From the NCBI GenBank assembly GCA_002269645.1, contig NIVC01001798.1, positions 62,001-126,000 on the forward strand: 64,000 nt of DNA. Reading direction: 5' to 3'. Under the pieces are notes generated by a model that saw only the letters and a program-made list of their open reading frames with translations, searched no databases and was not told the origin of the DNA. Of the stretch, positions 1 through 14,494 are shown in pieces. The translations under genes were made by a program, and so were the position numbers. This DNA comes from Macrostomum lignano (lineage: Eukaryota). Each line of letters opens with the position of its first letter. Within the stretch, counting starts at the first letter, position 1.

Positions 1-2634
1 ATCTTCTTTGTGAACGTCAATCCCTATCAGCTAGTCTAGATAATCTCCCAATCCGTCCGTTCTACGCGGGCTGTCACACCTGTACCAATTATGTTGCAAA
101 TGTGCTTATTTTGCTTGAGCAAAGACACAATTTGGTAGCATCCGAATCCCAATGGGCTACCGGGACGAGGGGGTCCGAGTGGTTCGGGTCTCTTAAAATG
201 CCGTGAAAGTCCTTTCTCAAGTGCAAATCGCGTGTTATAAGTAGTGCGCGCTGTGTAAAAGAACAGATGAGAAAATCAAGCAAAGAAATATGAGCAAGCA
301 AGAAATAGTAGATGGCAAATGGGCCGGCGTAACAGAGCTCGTTTAGAAAAAGGAGAAAGAGAGACTAGCATAATTATTTATTCATTAGCTAGGCAGGGGT
401 TCCGCGTCACGTAAGGAGAATTGAGTGAAGGAGAGAGGAGACCGAGCGACCGAAAGGGGAGGATGGGGAGACAGGAGCTGTATTAGAGGAAACGGGATCT
501 GAGGAGAACCACCAGAGTCGTTGTTTCGCCCCCCCGCTTCCACTCGCAAACAAACTCAAATATTTCCCTTCCCCTTCCCCGCCTCCCTATCCGTGGCCCG
601 GAGCTGCTACTGCAGTCACTGCGCTGCTAGGTCTTAGCGGAAAGCTATATAAGCCATGAGGAGGCTGCTCAGTGTAAGAGCTCACTCACACTCTGCATCG
701 TGGCATCTCAATGCTGAGTATATACTCGTATAGGTGCACCGTCGTCAGTAGAGATTTACAAGAACCCTGAGCCGGTATTGAGCGCACTGCTCAGGTTGCA
801 AGCGATCACTATTAAGATTAGCTTAGCATAGTGTGCGGTGTCGAAGAGGGAAGGAATTATAGTTGAGCCAACTGGGGGCAAACACGGAGGGACTGTCGAG
901 AAGAGAGCTTGCGTTAACAGTTTCCTGTTGATATAAGTTCCTAACTTGAATTGGAGGTTTTTTGTCTCATCTCAACTCTCTTGATCTCTCATCGCATATT
1001 TTATCTCTCATTTCTTCTGCCATAAATACCATCCATAACATTTTTTATGTTGATAGAGAGGGATAGAATGAGAGATTGAGGTGAGTAAAGAAGGAGATCG
1101 AAAATGAAGTTTAGGTTCCATATTTTTAATCAAAACCTAAAAATATTTCAAGCAGCAATTATTGTTCTGTGTAGTGGACTGTCAGAAAAAACGTTAGTAA
1201 AAGACGGATTTTAGTCAACAAATCTATGAATAAAAGAGACATGGTTAGCCGAAGAAATTCCCCTTAAAGACGAAGTTACCCTCGTATACACATAATTGTT
1301 TTTGACACGAGGTAAATTTTTCTATTTCCGTTTTTTTCTATTTCATCCTTGTTGTAAATAAGTACGCCTCGATCTAAATATGAAACGGACATGGACTTTT
1401 TCTCTGCCTTTGAAAGTAACTACTAACATATAGATGCATAGTTGTAATTATTAACTTACACCAAATGTTGCTTGATGAAACTTCGTCCTCTGTTGTGTAG
1501 ACAGAATCTGAAGTGTCACGAGGATTTGGGATCTTTATTAACTTTTTGTTTCCTTGTCATCTTTAATTCCCCACAATCGATCATGTGTTTGTTATCTAAG
1601 TTGAATCATATTGCGAGGGTGTTTAGTCATTAAGTACATTGAGCACGTGATTCGATTCGGTGCTGTCTACCAGTTTTTCTTCACCATGCGTACATCGATC
1701 GATCACGTGACGAACATGGTTTGGGGCGTCTTCCCGTGTACACTGATCACGTGACTTAAATTTGGGGAGCCTGTCGCGCTTGTACATTGATGACGTGATA
1801 TTGTTTGTCGCGTCATCAATCTCCTAAATAAGACTGATCATGTAATCGGACCACAAACACCTAATGCAACTCAATAGCTTAGTTTTAAGCTGGCTGGCTG
1901 GCTGCCAAGATTTTTGCTAAAGATTCTTCGATCTCAGTAATCACCCTTTCACTTTGAGTTGTAAAATTAGCAATATATTTAACATGGAGCAATTTCTTAG
2001 CCAAGATGCATGTACCGTCCCAGGAAAATTTCTGATCGAACAGTGCAAGTTCGAAGAAAATCGGTCCAGCCATTTTTTCTCTAATCGATTGCGTACAAAC
2101 AAACAACTCATTTTTAGTATATAGGATTAAAATTTCGTCTTTTATTGACCGTCTTCGAGCTATTTATAAAACTCGATTTAATTTCATAACTTATTAATAG
2201 AGCTAGCCTGAAGAAGTTAGAAAACCAGTTCGCTTTTAGATTTTATCGTCTCCAAGTTTAATCAAGGAGAGAGACTTCAAGGAAAAAAAGTTCTATATCT
2301 CACTCACTTGATCAACTGCTGGTCACAGTGCATTGCGTACTTTAACAAGTTAACCTCGTTGACAAAGGATCTGTCTAGATAGAAACGTGCTTCTCAAACT
2401 GTTAGCCTAATTTCTCTTTATCCCAAAGCCTAAACTGTTTTAGGACTTTCTTTGAATAAAAAAGTTGCTCTTTTTCCTAGGACAAGGATTCGGCGACTTC
2501 AATTTGTATGAATTATTGAAGAGCTCTTAAGATTTAGACAGAAGGTCAAGAATCGCTTTGAGAATCATTAAAGAAGCGCTCACTTACACTGTACTTTTGT
2601 TTTACTGATGTTAAAAAGGGAGTAAACGATGTCT

Positions 2635-3345
2635 CTATTTCAAATAGCGTTTAATCCTCCTAGTGCCAATGTCAGACCATGGGGTAAAATTATTAGACCT
2701 CAGAGCAAGCCGCAGACCTCTACTAGACTCGGCGTCTTTCGACGATTCCGTTGTTGCTAGTCTTCTGGACATTGTCGGCGTTAGAAGGCCCGGTGTTCTT
2801 GGCGCCCGGTCGAAGGACACGGCCCCGGCCAGGACCGAGTAGCCCTCCTCGAATCCTGTGTCCAGCTGGTGCAGCACGCCCCATGCGGACGAGCGTCGAC
2901 TGTCGCAGTCGACCAGCGAAGCCGACGCAGCCAGCTGCTGAAGTCGATCCTCCGATCCGACCGACGGCGAAGGTCGCCTCGACGCTGGCGAGAAGGTGTC
3001 CAATGGTTCGGACACCTCCGGACTCGCCCTGGGAGCTCGAGGCTGGTGCTGCAGCCACTGGCGGCCTGACCGAGGGTCGCCCGTTCTGCCAGCCGCTCGA
3101 CTCTGCCGCCTGGCCTCCATCCAGTCGCTGAATCGGCGCTGGCCCCGACGGCAGTGGTGCAGCAGCAGGCGCACGAGCTGGCCGTAGCAGGAGGCCGGCT
3201 CCGGAGACGCTCCGCTGTCCAGGCTGGATCGGGAGAGCCTCCGGCGCCGTTCCTGCAGCATTTTCTCCACTTCACGCTTCTTGGTCTCCGAGAATTGGGT
3301 TGCTATGACAACTAAGCACAGGTTGATCATGAAAAATGAGCCGAT
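2635..3345 (-). CDS. Cav3: Cav3 exon 6 (IS6, gating-brake region, I-II linker); 3' end uncertain, given to the first stop
   Basis: Acceptor TTCCTTCTCCAG|, then IGSFFMINLCLVVIATQFSETKKRE...SCYGQLVRLL. The frame is open to TAG at 2637-2635, and I saw no strong GTRAG donor. Confidence 0.85.
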   Translation of the reverse strand: MGSFFMINLCLVVIATQFSETKKREVEKMLQERRRRLSRSSLDSGASPEPASCYGQLVRLLLHHCRRGQRRFSDWMEARRQSRAAGRTGDPRSGRQWLQHQPRAPRASPEVSEPLDTFSPASRRPSPSVGSEDRLQQLAASASLVDCDSRRSSAWGVLHQLDTGFEEGYSVLAGAVSFDRAPRTPGLLTPTMSRRLATTESSKDAESSRGLRLALRSNNFTPWSDIGTRRIKRYLK

Positions 3346-3634
3346 CTGGAGAAGGAAAATATGAGAAAAGCTGTTGGTAAAACAACAGTGAAAAATTATT
3401 TCGGTTCAGGGTCACAATTCCAGGAGTAATCCCAGTCTGGCTGAATTAGTATACAACTGGATCGTTTGGGTCGCAGAGATTGAATTCTAAAGATTGAAAA
3501 TTTCAGTTATGCGTTTCAGTTGATTAACTCAGTAACTCTACTTACACGAGCTAGTTATGCACGATAAAGTGTGATAAATACCTACGGGGATAATTACTTA
3601 TAAGGATAGGAATACCGTGTGATGTTAATCTACA

Positions 3635-3926
3635 GGGGGTTGTAGCCTAGTTTTCAGTGTCTAAAAGGTCCGGGGTTCGATTCCGGATTCCACTGGAATA
3701 ATTTGTGTCCTTGAGCCAGACGCTTAACTCTGCATTGCTTCAGTTCACCCAGTTGCAAAATGGGTGCCAGCATTAGCTGGGGTAATTGAGGGTGTGTGTG
3801 GCGACCCCCCAGTCCTTGGACTGAACAGCCGTACGCAGCCTTCAGATGCGCCACGCAATAGCTGCGGCTGAGCTGTCGGTGGCACATCTGGCCCAATTGG
3901 GACAGGTGTAATCAATTATTATTATT
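3635..3926 (+). mobile_element. tRNA-derived SINE with CORE/Meta-like central domain (most complete copy, ATT tail)
   Basis: B box GGTTCGATTCC, central TTTGTGTCCTTGAGC...TTCACCCAG...AAAATGGGT, (ATT)n tail. Clearly homologous to the copies at 15763 and 30996. Confidence 0.8.
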
Positions 3927-3974
3927 GTTTATCTACAGGTATATAATCTATAGAGAAAAACCTATGGGGATATT

Positions 3975-4200
3975 AATCTATGGGGATATTAAACTCTGAA
4001 GATAACAATATATAGTACATACCAACCAATCCATGGGGATATTAAACTCTGAAGATAACAATATATAGTACATACCAACCAATCTATGGGGATATTAAAC
4101 TCTGAAGATAACAATATATAGTACATACCAACCAATCCATGGGGATATTAAACTCTGAAGATAACAATATATAGTACATACCAACCAATCCATGGGGATA
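3975..4200. repeat. 53-bp tandem repeat, about 4 copies
   Basis: GGGGATATTAAACTCTGAAGATAACAATATATAGTACATACCAACCAATCCAT repeated. Confidence 0.9.
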
Positions 4201-5509
4201 ATAATCCATTGAAATGGGGATATAAAACTCAACTTTAATCAACTTTAACAGCTCAATGCTATTTCAAGGTGAAAATTAAAGATATTCCCCATCCGATCTC
4301 ACACCTATAGGCCATAGCAGTTCGCCATATCGACCGAAGACTGGAGCTGAGCTACTATTTATCCGCTTCCTACACTGATAGGGGATTTGCAATGACACTC
4401 ACTAGGGGGGGAATCAGGGATATCCTCCTAGTACTGGGGTGAGGATGATGAAGAATAAACCATGCAGAGAAGCGCCCCCAGCCTCCATCAAACCCAAGGC
4501 TGGGAGAAAACTTAATCCCTTCGGCCTCCCAATATACGCTCCATGTCCCACGGCGCAATCCCAGCTCAAACACAGTTGCATTGATTTGAATACCTGCACG
4601 CCTTCCTTGAATAATATGGGGGGAGGGGAATATAAAAAATTGAGAAATCGGAGCTTTCATCATCCCACGCTAGACGGCATGGTCCATTGTCTCCTGGCTA
4701 CGCATCGCCCCTATACGCGTATTTCTTTGCCAAAGCTCAACTCTTCCCCTTTTCTCCCACAGCTCTGACAGTCGCGGATGCAGCAGGCCGGGATAAAAAG
4801 TCTCCAATCCAGCTCAGCAGGGCGAGCTAATCGATCATTTCTGTCAACTTTCACACTCGCACTTTTATTAACCCCACCCGAATCATTGCAACAGACTCTT
4901 TCAGCTCGTGCATGCAGTTCTTCGTGTTTAAGCACCGCGATTGCTTAGTCCTTCAACCATAACCCAAAGAACTTTATTTGGAAATTCATTCATTGCTTTC
5001 ATTGCATCCTTCCGTCCCATCTCTTCATCCCATCCATTCATCCCTTTCCTTCATCGTATCTCTTCATCACATCCCTTCATCACATCCTTTCCTCCAGCCT
5101 ATCCCTTCATCCCATCCCCTCATCGTATTCCTTCACAGCATCCCTTCACAGCATCCCTTAGTTGCCTCCCATTCACGTAAATTTCAGTCCGAATCTCGTA
5201 CTAGACTAATTCCTTCTGCAGACCGTCGCTCGCCTGTCTCCATTCTCCAGATGGCTTCATTTTTTGACTCCTCAAATTTTTCTTCCTCATTCCGTGTTTT
5301 CTTTGATCCTCTTAATGGTGAAACGCACCGGAGCGTTCTGCCTGTTTTGGTTACGCCATCATAAAAAGTCGTTTGATCGCGACAGCAAGAAAGTGTAGTT
5401 TAAGGTTTTCGATAAGGTCAGACTGGGACCAAATGGTCGATAAAATTGTCGCTAGAAATCACGTGACGCTTTCTGCGTAATTGAGATTTGAATACTATAA
5501 ACGATACTT

Positions 5510-5800
5510 TGAATCAGATCACTCCAAGAATCAGATCATTCCAAGAATCAAACCATTCCAAGAATCAGATCATTCCAAGAATCAGATCATTCCAAGAATC
5601 AGATCATTCCAAGAATCAGATTATTCCAAGAATCAGATCATTCCAAGAATCAGATCATTCCAAGAATCAGATTATTCCAAGAATCAGATCATTCCAAGAA
5701 TCAGATCATTCCAAGAATCAGATCATTCCAAGAATCAGATCATTCCAAGAATCAGATCATTCCAAGAATCAGATCATTCCAAGAATCAGATCATTCCAAA
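5510..5800. repeat. 17-bp minisatellite (CCAAGAATCAGATCATT)n
   Basis: Direct reading; Cav3 intron 5. Confidence 0.95.
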
Positions 5801-5864
5801 AATCCAGAATGTGTAAAAATCCTTAAGGCGTAAACTGTACAAAAGCAATACAAAATTAACTTAC

Positions 5865-5957
5865 CACAATTAGCAGAACAAAGTAGATCCAGTCCCAGAA
5901 AGAATGCGCGTCTTGTACATAGTACATGATGTCCACCCAGCTCTCTAGACTGATCAC
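5865..5957 (-). CDS. Cav3: Cav3 exon 5 (domain I selectivity filter, start of IS6)
   Basis: [31 protein letters not shown] with the filter Glu. Acceptor TTTAG|, donor GTG|GTAAGT; 93 nt; phase 0-0. Not in the ORF track. Confidence 0.95.
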
Positions 5958-6744
5958 CTAAATGTGGTTATGGTCAATTAATGGTGCCTTTTAATGTCTT
6001 ACTCGTATTTTGTCCTTCCATCACAAATCTTCGTTGGACCCATTCATCCCAATCCCTTCATCCCGATCCCTTCATCTCAATTCCTTCATCCCTTCATACC
6101 AATCCCTTCATCCAAATCCCTTCATCCCTTCATCCCAATCCCTTCATCCAAATCCCTTCATCTCGATCCATTCATCTCAATCCCTTCATCCCAATCTGTT
6201 CGTCCGATTTCAATTTATTCACCCGAAATGCCTCTAAGCATTTATACTTTACAATTGAGACACTTCAACCTAAAACATACTGCAGCAATATTTTGAATTG
6301 GTTCTCAAAGAGCTTTGTTTTCGGGGGCAGGGGAGTTCATGTTAACGAATCAGTAACAGTTTTTTCCCAAACTTCTCAACCATTCTCTTAGTTCTCTTAG
6401 TCGGTAGTGGCACACAGACTTCACTGCCTCCTGCACTTGAGGCCTCTCACGCCAGCAAAGTTAGATTGCTAGGGCTCAATACCTGTGACCTATATTCCAC
6501 TATGTTTTTATAGGCTGCACTGGGCCTGAGTTGTTTATGAGTAACTTTCAGACCCTTGCTTATGTGTGCAGGGGTGCACGCTTCAGCGGAATTCCATTTG
6601 ATACCAGTGCAATCATGCTCTCCTTCTTCTACCTGTTCATCTTATACCTTTATAATCACTACTACGAGTATATTCCTTTATTTTAATCTCCTCTTCATTT
6701 TACTTCTTCATTCCTTTCTATGAACCATTTCTTCATACCGCCCC

Positions 6745-6950
6745 TTCCTCCCCATCCCTTCATCCCGATCCCTTCATCTTAATCCCTTCATCCCATCCCT
6801 TCATCCCAGCCTTTCAACTCATTCCTTCATCCCATCCCTTCATCCCATTCATTCATCCCAGCCTTTCAACTCATCCCTTCATCCCATCCCTTCATCCCAG
6901 CCTTTCAACTCATTCCTTCATCCCATCCCTTCATCCCATTCATTCATCCC
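6745..6950. repeat. TTCATCCC low-complexity repeat (related tracts at about 5015-5160 and 6040-6200)
   Basis: Direct reading. Confidence 0.85.
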
Positions 6951-6976
6951 AGCCAGCCAACCAAGCCGGAACCCAC

Positions 6977-7295
6977 CTGAAAGATGGCCACCCAGGCAAA
7001 ACCGATGTTGTCAAAGTTGATGGCACCCCTGTGCGGATTTTCCACACCGCTCTGGCACCTGGTGTAGTACTGGTTCCAGTTCACGCAGCTTGTGTTGGTT
7101 GGCAGATTGTCGCTAAACGGTTGCGCGGACTCGTTACAGGTGATGTAAGAGCCCCCGTCCAGCCACAGCACTGTGGGGTTGATATTTGAGCACGTCTGGA
7201 TGCCATTAGAGCTCTCCGAGGCGCATATGAAGTCTTTGGCAGCCACTGGGTTATCCACGCTGATGTTTAGCCGGTAGAAATCCGTGAGGTTGATG
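6977..7295 (-). CDS. Cav3: Cav3 exon 4 (domain I extracellular turret and P1 helix)
   Basis: INLTDFYRLNISVDNPVAAKDFIC...CVNWNQYYTRCQSGVENPHRGAINFDNIGFAWVAIFQ. Acceptor TTGCAG|C, donor CAG|GTGGGT. Confidence 0.95.
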
Positions 7296-7786
7296 CTGCA
7301 ACAGTTTGGGGAACATCAGGAAAAGACATCCTTGACATGACACTTTACTGACTGACAACCCTGACACTTTACTGACTGACAACCCTGACATTTAGTGTCT
7401 GACAACCCTGAAACTTTACTGTTTGAAAACCCTGACTCGTGACTTTTTATAAACCCTTAACACACCATATCTGACAACGCATATAGCCCAAAATTGTTTA
7501 GAAACTAATGTGTTGTTTATAGGTTATATACGCCCGTAGTTATGACCTATTTGTACAAGTACTTCTTTTGAAACACTCTATACAGGTAAATCTTATGAGT
7601 CCTGTCTGACTCTGCACATTTTTCTGTGTCTCAATAATACACCTGTAGGGCTGCACAGAGGGTCTGTCTGACACAAACCGACAGAAATACACCGCAGACC
7701 CTGGAACGGTTTCTCAGAAATCAACACAGGAGGATATGAGTGTCTGGTTGATCTGTGCCAGATCTGGTTGATGAGCCGTGCAAAAA

Positions 7787-8681
7787 GATAGAGACTGAGA
7801 TAGAGACTGGGATAGAGACTGAGATAGAGACTGGGATAGAGACTGAGATAGAGACTGGGATAGAGACTAAGATAGAGACTGAGATACAGACTGAGATAGA
7901 GAGTGAGATAGAGACTGAGATAGAGACTGGGATAGAGACTGAGATAGAGACTGGGATAGAGACTGAGATAGAGACTGGGATAGAGACTGAGATAGAGACT
8001 GGGATAGAGACTGAGATAGAGACTGGGATAGAGACTGAGATAGAGACTGGGATAGAGACTGAGATAGAGACTGGGATAGAGACTGAGATAGAGACTGGGA
8101 TAGAGACTGAGATAGAGACTGGGATAGAGACTAAGATAGAGACTGAGATACAGACTGAGATAGAGAGTGAGATAGAGACTGAGATAGAGACTGGGATAGA
8201 GACTGAGATAGAGACTGGGATAGAGACTGAGATAGAGACTGGGATAGAGACTGAGATAGAGACTGGGATAGAGACTGAGATAGAGACTGGGATAGAGACT
8301 GAGATAGAGACTGGGATAGAGACTGAGATAGAGACTGGGATAGAGACTGAGATAGAGACTGGGATAGAGACTGAGATAGAGACTGGGATAGAGACTGAGA
8401 TAGAGACTGGGATAGAGACTGAGATAGAGACTGAAATAGAGACTGAGATAGAGACTAAGATAGAGACTGAGATACAGACTGAGATAGAGACTAAGATAGA
8501 GACTGAGATACAGACTGAGATAGAGAGTGAGATACAGACTGAGATAGAGACTCGGATGGAGACTAAGATAGAGATTGGGATGGAGACTAAGATAGAGACT
8601 GGGATAGAGACTGAGATAGAGACTGAGATACAGACTGAGATACAGACTGAGATACAGACTGAGATACAGACTGAGATAGAG
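7787..8681 (+). repeat. 12-bp minisatellite (GATAGAGACTGA)n, left arm of an inverted pair
   Basis: Direct reading; source of the TEIE ORF. Confidence 0.95.
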
Positions 8682-9270
8682 GCAGTTACAGCAACTGACT
8701 CAGGCAGGTACAGGACACTCGCTACTTTGCTGCGAGGTGCAAGGCTGATCCCTGAGCTCGTCGCTGTTGGACTGAGGCGGCGGCATGAATGCCATGCTTA
8801 GGCAGGGATTAATCTGTCGGATAAATGAACTGCGCGTGGGAATTAAGACAAGGTGTGCCCGCGTTGGGAGGCTGCCTCTCTCACTCGGAGGATTAGGAGG
8901 AATTTAATGCCGCCGCTAAACACGGCAGGGGCTGGTTGGGTGTTGAGTGCGCGGGTGTCGGGCTGATGGGGTGGTCATTGATGTTGCGGGTGAGAGAGGA
9001 GTCCTTGTGGAAATCTGAGTGCCCGAGCTAGGCTGGGAGCAGCGCCCGAATGATGGATAGAGAGTTTGACAGCGCCGCGGAAACAGAGAATAACGGAGTA
9101 AGGAGGGAACTCTGCTTTCAACAAGACAGACGGGTATCTGGCAGTTTGCTTCGCTGAGACAGATCCCAATGAAATCGATATAACCCAGCGGGTGCGAGGC
9201 AGTGAACTGCGGTCACTCTGTGTGCATCTGCTGCCGCCTGCAGTGTCCTGCAGCTCCTACACTTCTCTAA

Positions 9271-10190
9271 CTGTATTTCTCAGTCTCAATCTCAGTCTGT
9301 ATCTCAGTTTGTATCTCAGTCTGTATCTCAGTCTGTATCTCAGTCTCTATCTCAGTCTGTATCTCAATCTGTATCTCAGTCTGTATCTCAATCTGTATCT
9401 CAGTTTGTATCTCAGTCTGTATCTCAGTCTGTATCTCAGTCTCGATCTCAGTCTCTATCTCAGTTTGTATCTCAGTCTGTATCTCAGTCTGTATCTCAGT
9501 CTCGATCTCAGTCTCTATCTCAGTTTGTATCTCAGTCTGTATCTCAGCCTGTATCTCAGTTTGTTTCTCAGTTTGTATCTCGGTCTGTATCTCAGTTTGT
9601 ATCTCAGTTTGTATCTCAGTTTGTATCTCAGTCTCTATTTCAGTCTCCATCTCAGTCTCTATCTCAGTTTGTATCTCAGTCTGTATCTCAGCCTGTATCT
9701 CAGTTTGTATCTCAGTTTGTATCTCAGTTTGTATCTCGGTCTGTATCTCAGTTTGTATCTCAGTCTCTATCTCAGTCTCTATCTCAGTCTCTATCTCAGT
9801 CTCTATCTCAGTCTCTATCTCAGTCTCTATCTCAGTCTCTATCTCAGTCTCTATCTCAGTCTCTATCTCAGTCTCTATCTCAGTCTCTATCTCAGTCTCT
9901 ATCTCAGTCTCTATCTCAGTCTCTATCTCAGTCTCTATCTCAGTCTCTATCTCAGTCTCTATCTCAGTCTCTATCTCAGTCTCTATCTCAGTCTCTATCT
10001 CAGTCTCTATCTCAGTCTCTATCTCAGTCTCTATCTCAGTCTCTATCTCAGTCTCTATCTCAGTCTCTATCTCAGTCTCTATCTCAGTCTCTATCTCAGT
10101 CTCTATCTCAGTCTCTATCTCAGTGCCTATATCTCAGTGTCTATATCCCAGTGCCTATATCCCAGTGCCTATATCCCAGTGCCTATATCC
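9271..10190 (-). repeat. 12-bp minisatellite (TCAGTCTCTATC)n, right arm, reverse complement of 7787-8681
   Basis: Direct reading; source of the LSLY ORF. Confidence 0.95.
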
Positions 10191-10449
10191 TACTAAAAGG
10201 ACACTGACCTGTTCAATAAACCTACTAAAGGCTTACAATTGAACTTTTATTTAGACATATAAAATGGAGAAAAAAGATGCGAGCACAGAGAGGGAATTAA
10301 CGGATGAGTACGCAAATAGATTAGCGGTAGATAGAGATAAGCCAGATGGCTAGGAAGCCTTCAAAAGATTTCTTTAGAGTAAGTAGAGCGCCCAACCGGA
10401 TGCAACCGTTCTGAGTGGCCGCCAGATAGATGGCCCAAAAACTATGCAG

Positions 10450-10620
10450 GATAAGGTTGAAATATAGCCTCTTGAAAACTGTGGGAGGGCTTGCGTAGAT
10501 TCCACTCGCTTCAATGCTAGCGTATCCAGGACCTTCTCTATGCGGACTGCCACTTCACTGACCTGCTAATTGGGAAATTGGCCTCTCAGTGGAGATCGGT
10601 AAGATGAGCCCCACAATTTA
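10450..10620 (+). mobile_element. Possible degenerate non-LTR (RTE-like) reverse transcriptase fragment
   Basis: RIQDLLYADC at 10521-10550 resembles the RT motif IRELLFADDC; surrounding frames are broken. Confidence 0.3.
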
Positions 10621-10834
10621 CCATGATAACGCTGAGGGGCTGAGGAGCTGAGGGGATTCCGTCCCAACCTCCCTACCCCGGTTGGAGACTGAATTTCTCT
10701 GTGGAAAATTGTTTCTGGGCCCGCCTAGGGAATCGGCTGAAATTGCCCAGTAATGGGATTTTGCTAATTGGCGAGATTCGCATGCATGCGGCTTCTCGAA
10801 GCATTGTTTGCTGTCTTGCCCGGCTGGCCATGCA

Positions 10835-11090
<256 letters not shown>

Positions 11091-11141
11091 AGGTATGCCT
11101 AGACAATGCGGACGTAGAAAACAGACTATGCCCCAGCTCAC

Positions 11142-11414
11142 CCGGGATGCGACAGGTGAGTGCTGTTCATGGCCAGGTAGCACCGCTGCCTCAATAGTCC
11201 CTTCCACAGCTGCACGCCCACAATGCCGAAGATGAAGAACACGAAGAAGCAGAGCAGCAGCACATTGCCCAGCATCGGCAGCGTGTCCAGGAGCAGCATC
11301 ACTAGGATGCGCATGCTGGGTATCCGATTGATTGCTCGTAGCGGGCGCAGAACTCGAACGGTTCGAATGGCTGTTAAGCTGAGGTCCTTCGTCTGGGGCA
11401 GGAAGTCCACCGTG
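11142..11414 (-). CDS. Cav3: Cav3 exon 3 (IS3b, IS4 voltage sensor, IS5)
   Basis: [78 protein letters not shown]. Acceptor TCAAG|C, donor GG|GTGAGC; 273 nt; phase 2-2. Confidence 0.95.
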
Positions 11415-11489
11415 CTTGAGTGGGGAAATTTCAGGGTGGGAGAGCTGGGCATTAGCGGAACTATTGAGCACTAATCAAATAGAAGGATG

Positions 11490-12300
11490 AGATGGGGTGA
11501 GATGGAGACGTGAGATGGAATTAGATGGGATGAGATGGGATTAGATGGTTTAGATGGGATGAGTTGAAGATGTGAGATGGGATGAGATGGGATGACATGG
11601 AGATGTGAGATGAGGATTTGAGATGAAATGAGATGAGAAAGCGAGATGGGATGAGATAAGGGTGTGAGATGGGATGAGATAAGGATGTGAGATGAAATTA
11701 GATGAGGATGTGAGATAAGATGAGATGAGGATGTGAGGTGGGATGAGATAAGGATGTGAGATAGGATGAGATGAGGATATGAGGTGGGATGAGATTAGGA
11801 TGTGAGATAGGATGAGATGAGGATGTGAGATGGGATGAGATGATGATGTGAGATGAGATGAGATGAGGATGTGAGATAGGATGAGATGAGGATGTGAGGT
11901 GGGATGAGATGAGGATGTGAGATGAAATTAGATGAGGATGTGAGATAAGATGAGATGAGGATGTGAGGTGGGATGAGATAAGGATGTGAGATAGGATGAG
12001 ATGAGGATATGAGGTGGGATGAGATTAGGATGTGAGATAGGATGAGATGAGGATGTGAGATGAGATGAGATGATGATGTGAGATGAGATGAGATGAGGAT
12101 GTGAGATAGGATGAGATGAGGATGTGAGGTGGGATGAGATGAGGATGTGAGATAAGATGAGATGAGGATGTGAGATAGGATGAGATGAGGATGTGAGATG
12201 GGATGAGATGAGGATGTGAGATGGGATGAGATGAGGATGTAAGATGAAATGATATGAGCATGTGAGATGAGATGAGATGAGGATGTGAGATAGGATTAGT
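11490..12300. repeat. GAGAT/GGAT-based compound repeat
   Basis: GATGAGATGAGGATGTGA-type units. Confidence 0.9.
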
Positions 12301-12834
12301 TATGTTATTGATTATATGAGATGAAATTCGAATAGATCAGGTCGGATAAGATGGAATACGATGCAATGAATTTAGATGAGTTGAGATACAGTGAGCCGAT
12401 GCTTTCCTAAATTTGACTACATTAAAAAGTTTTTAAAAATCAGCCTAAATGAGATACGATGACAGAACAAAAAAGTATTGTGAGAATAGATTAAAGCTAA
12501 TCCTTTGGGTTCATCTTGAGTTTGTAGACGAGAAGTGCGGGTTTCCACGAAAAATACAGCAAAGTCAAGGTAGGAATTTGCTCATTGACTGGATGGAATA
12601 AGTGAATCCTTATAACCTGTCCTGTATACCTATATCAGTATAAATGGATACTCATACGCTGTTTTCTTAATAATAGAACTGCATAGAGCTTCATTTGAAT
12701 GGCTATGTATAAAAATAAGTACTGCTTATTACTCGTACGCATGGTGCATTCGAACGTGTGCTTAGAGCTATTTGTCTTCATTTCCACCCGCCTGCCAGCG
12801 CTGCCCCGTATGTGCGTGTCTTGTGCCTGTCTAT

Positions 12835-14494
<1,660 letters not shown>

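Noticed and set aside
8690-9260. Transposase in the foldback spacer
   Set aside because: Only short frames with no DDE or RT motif recognisable; the spacer's origin is unresolved.
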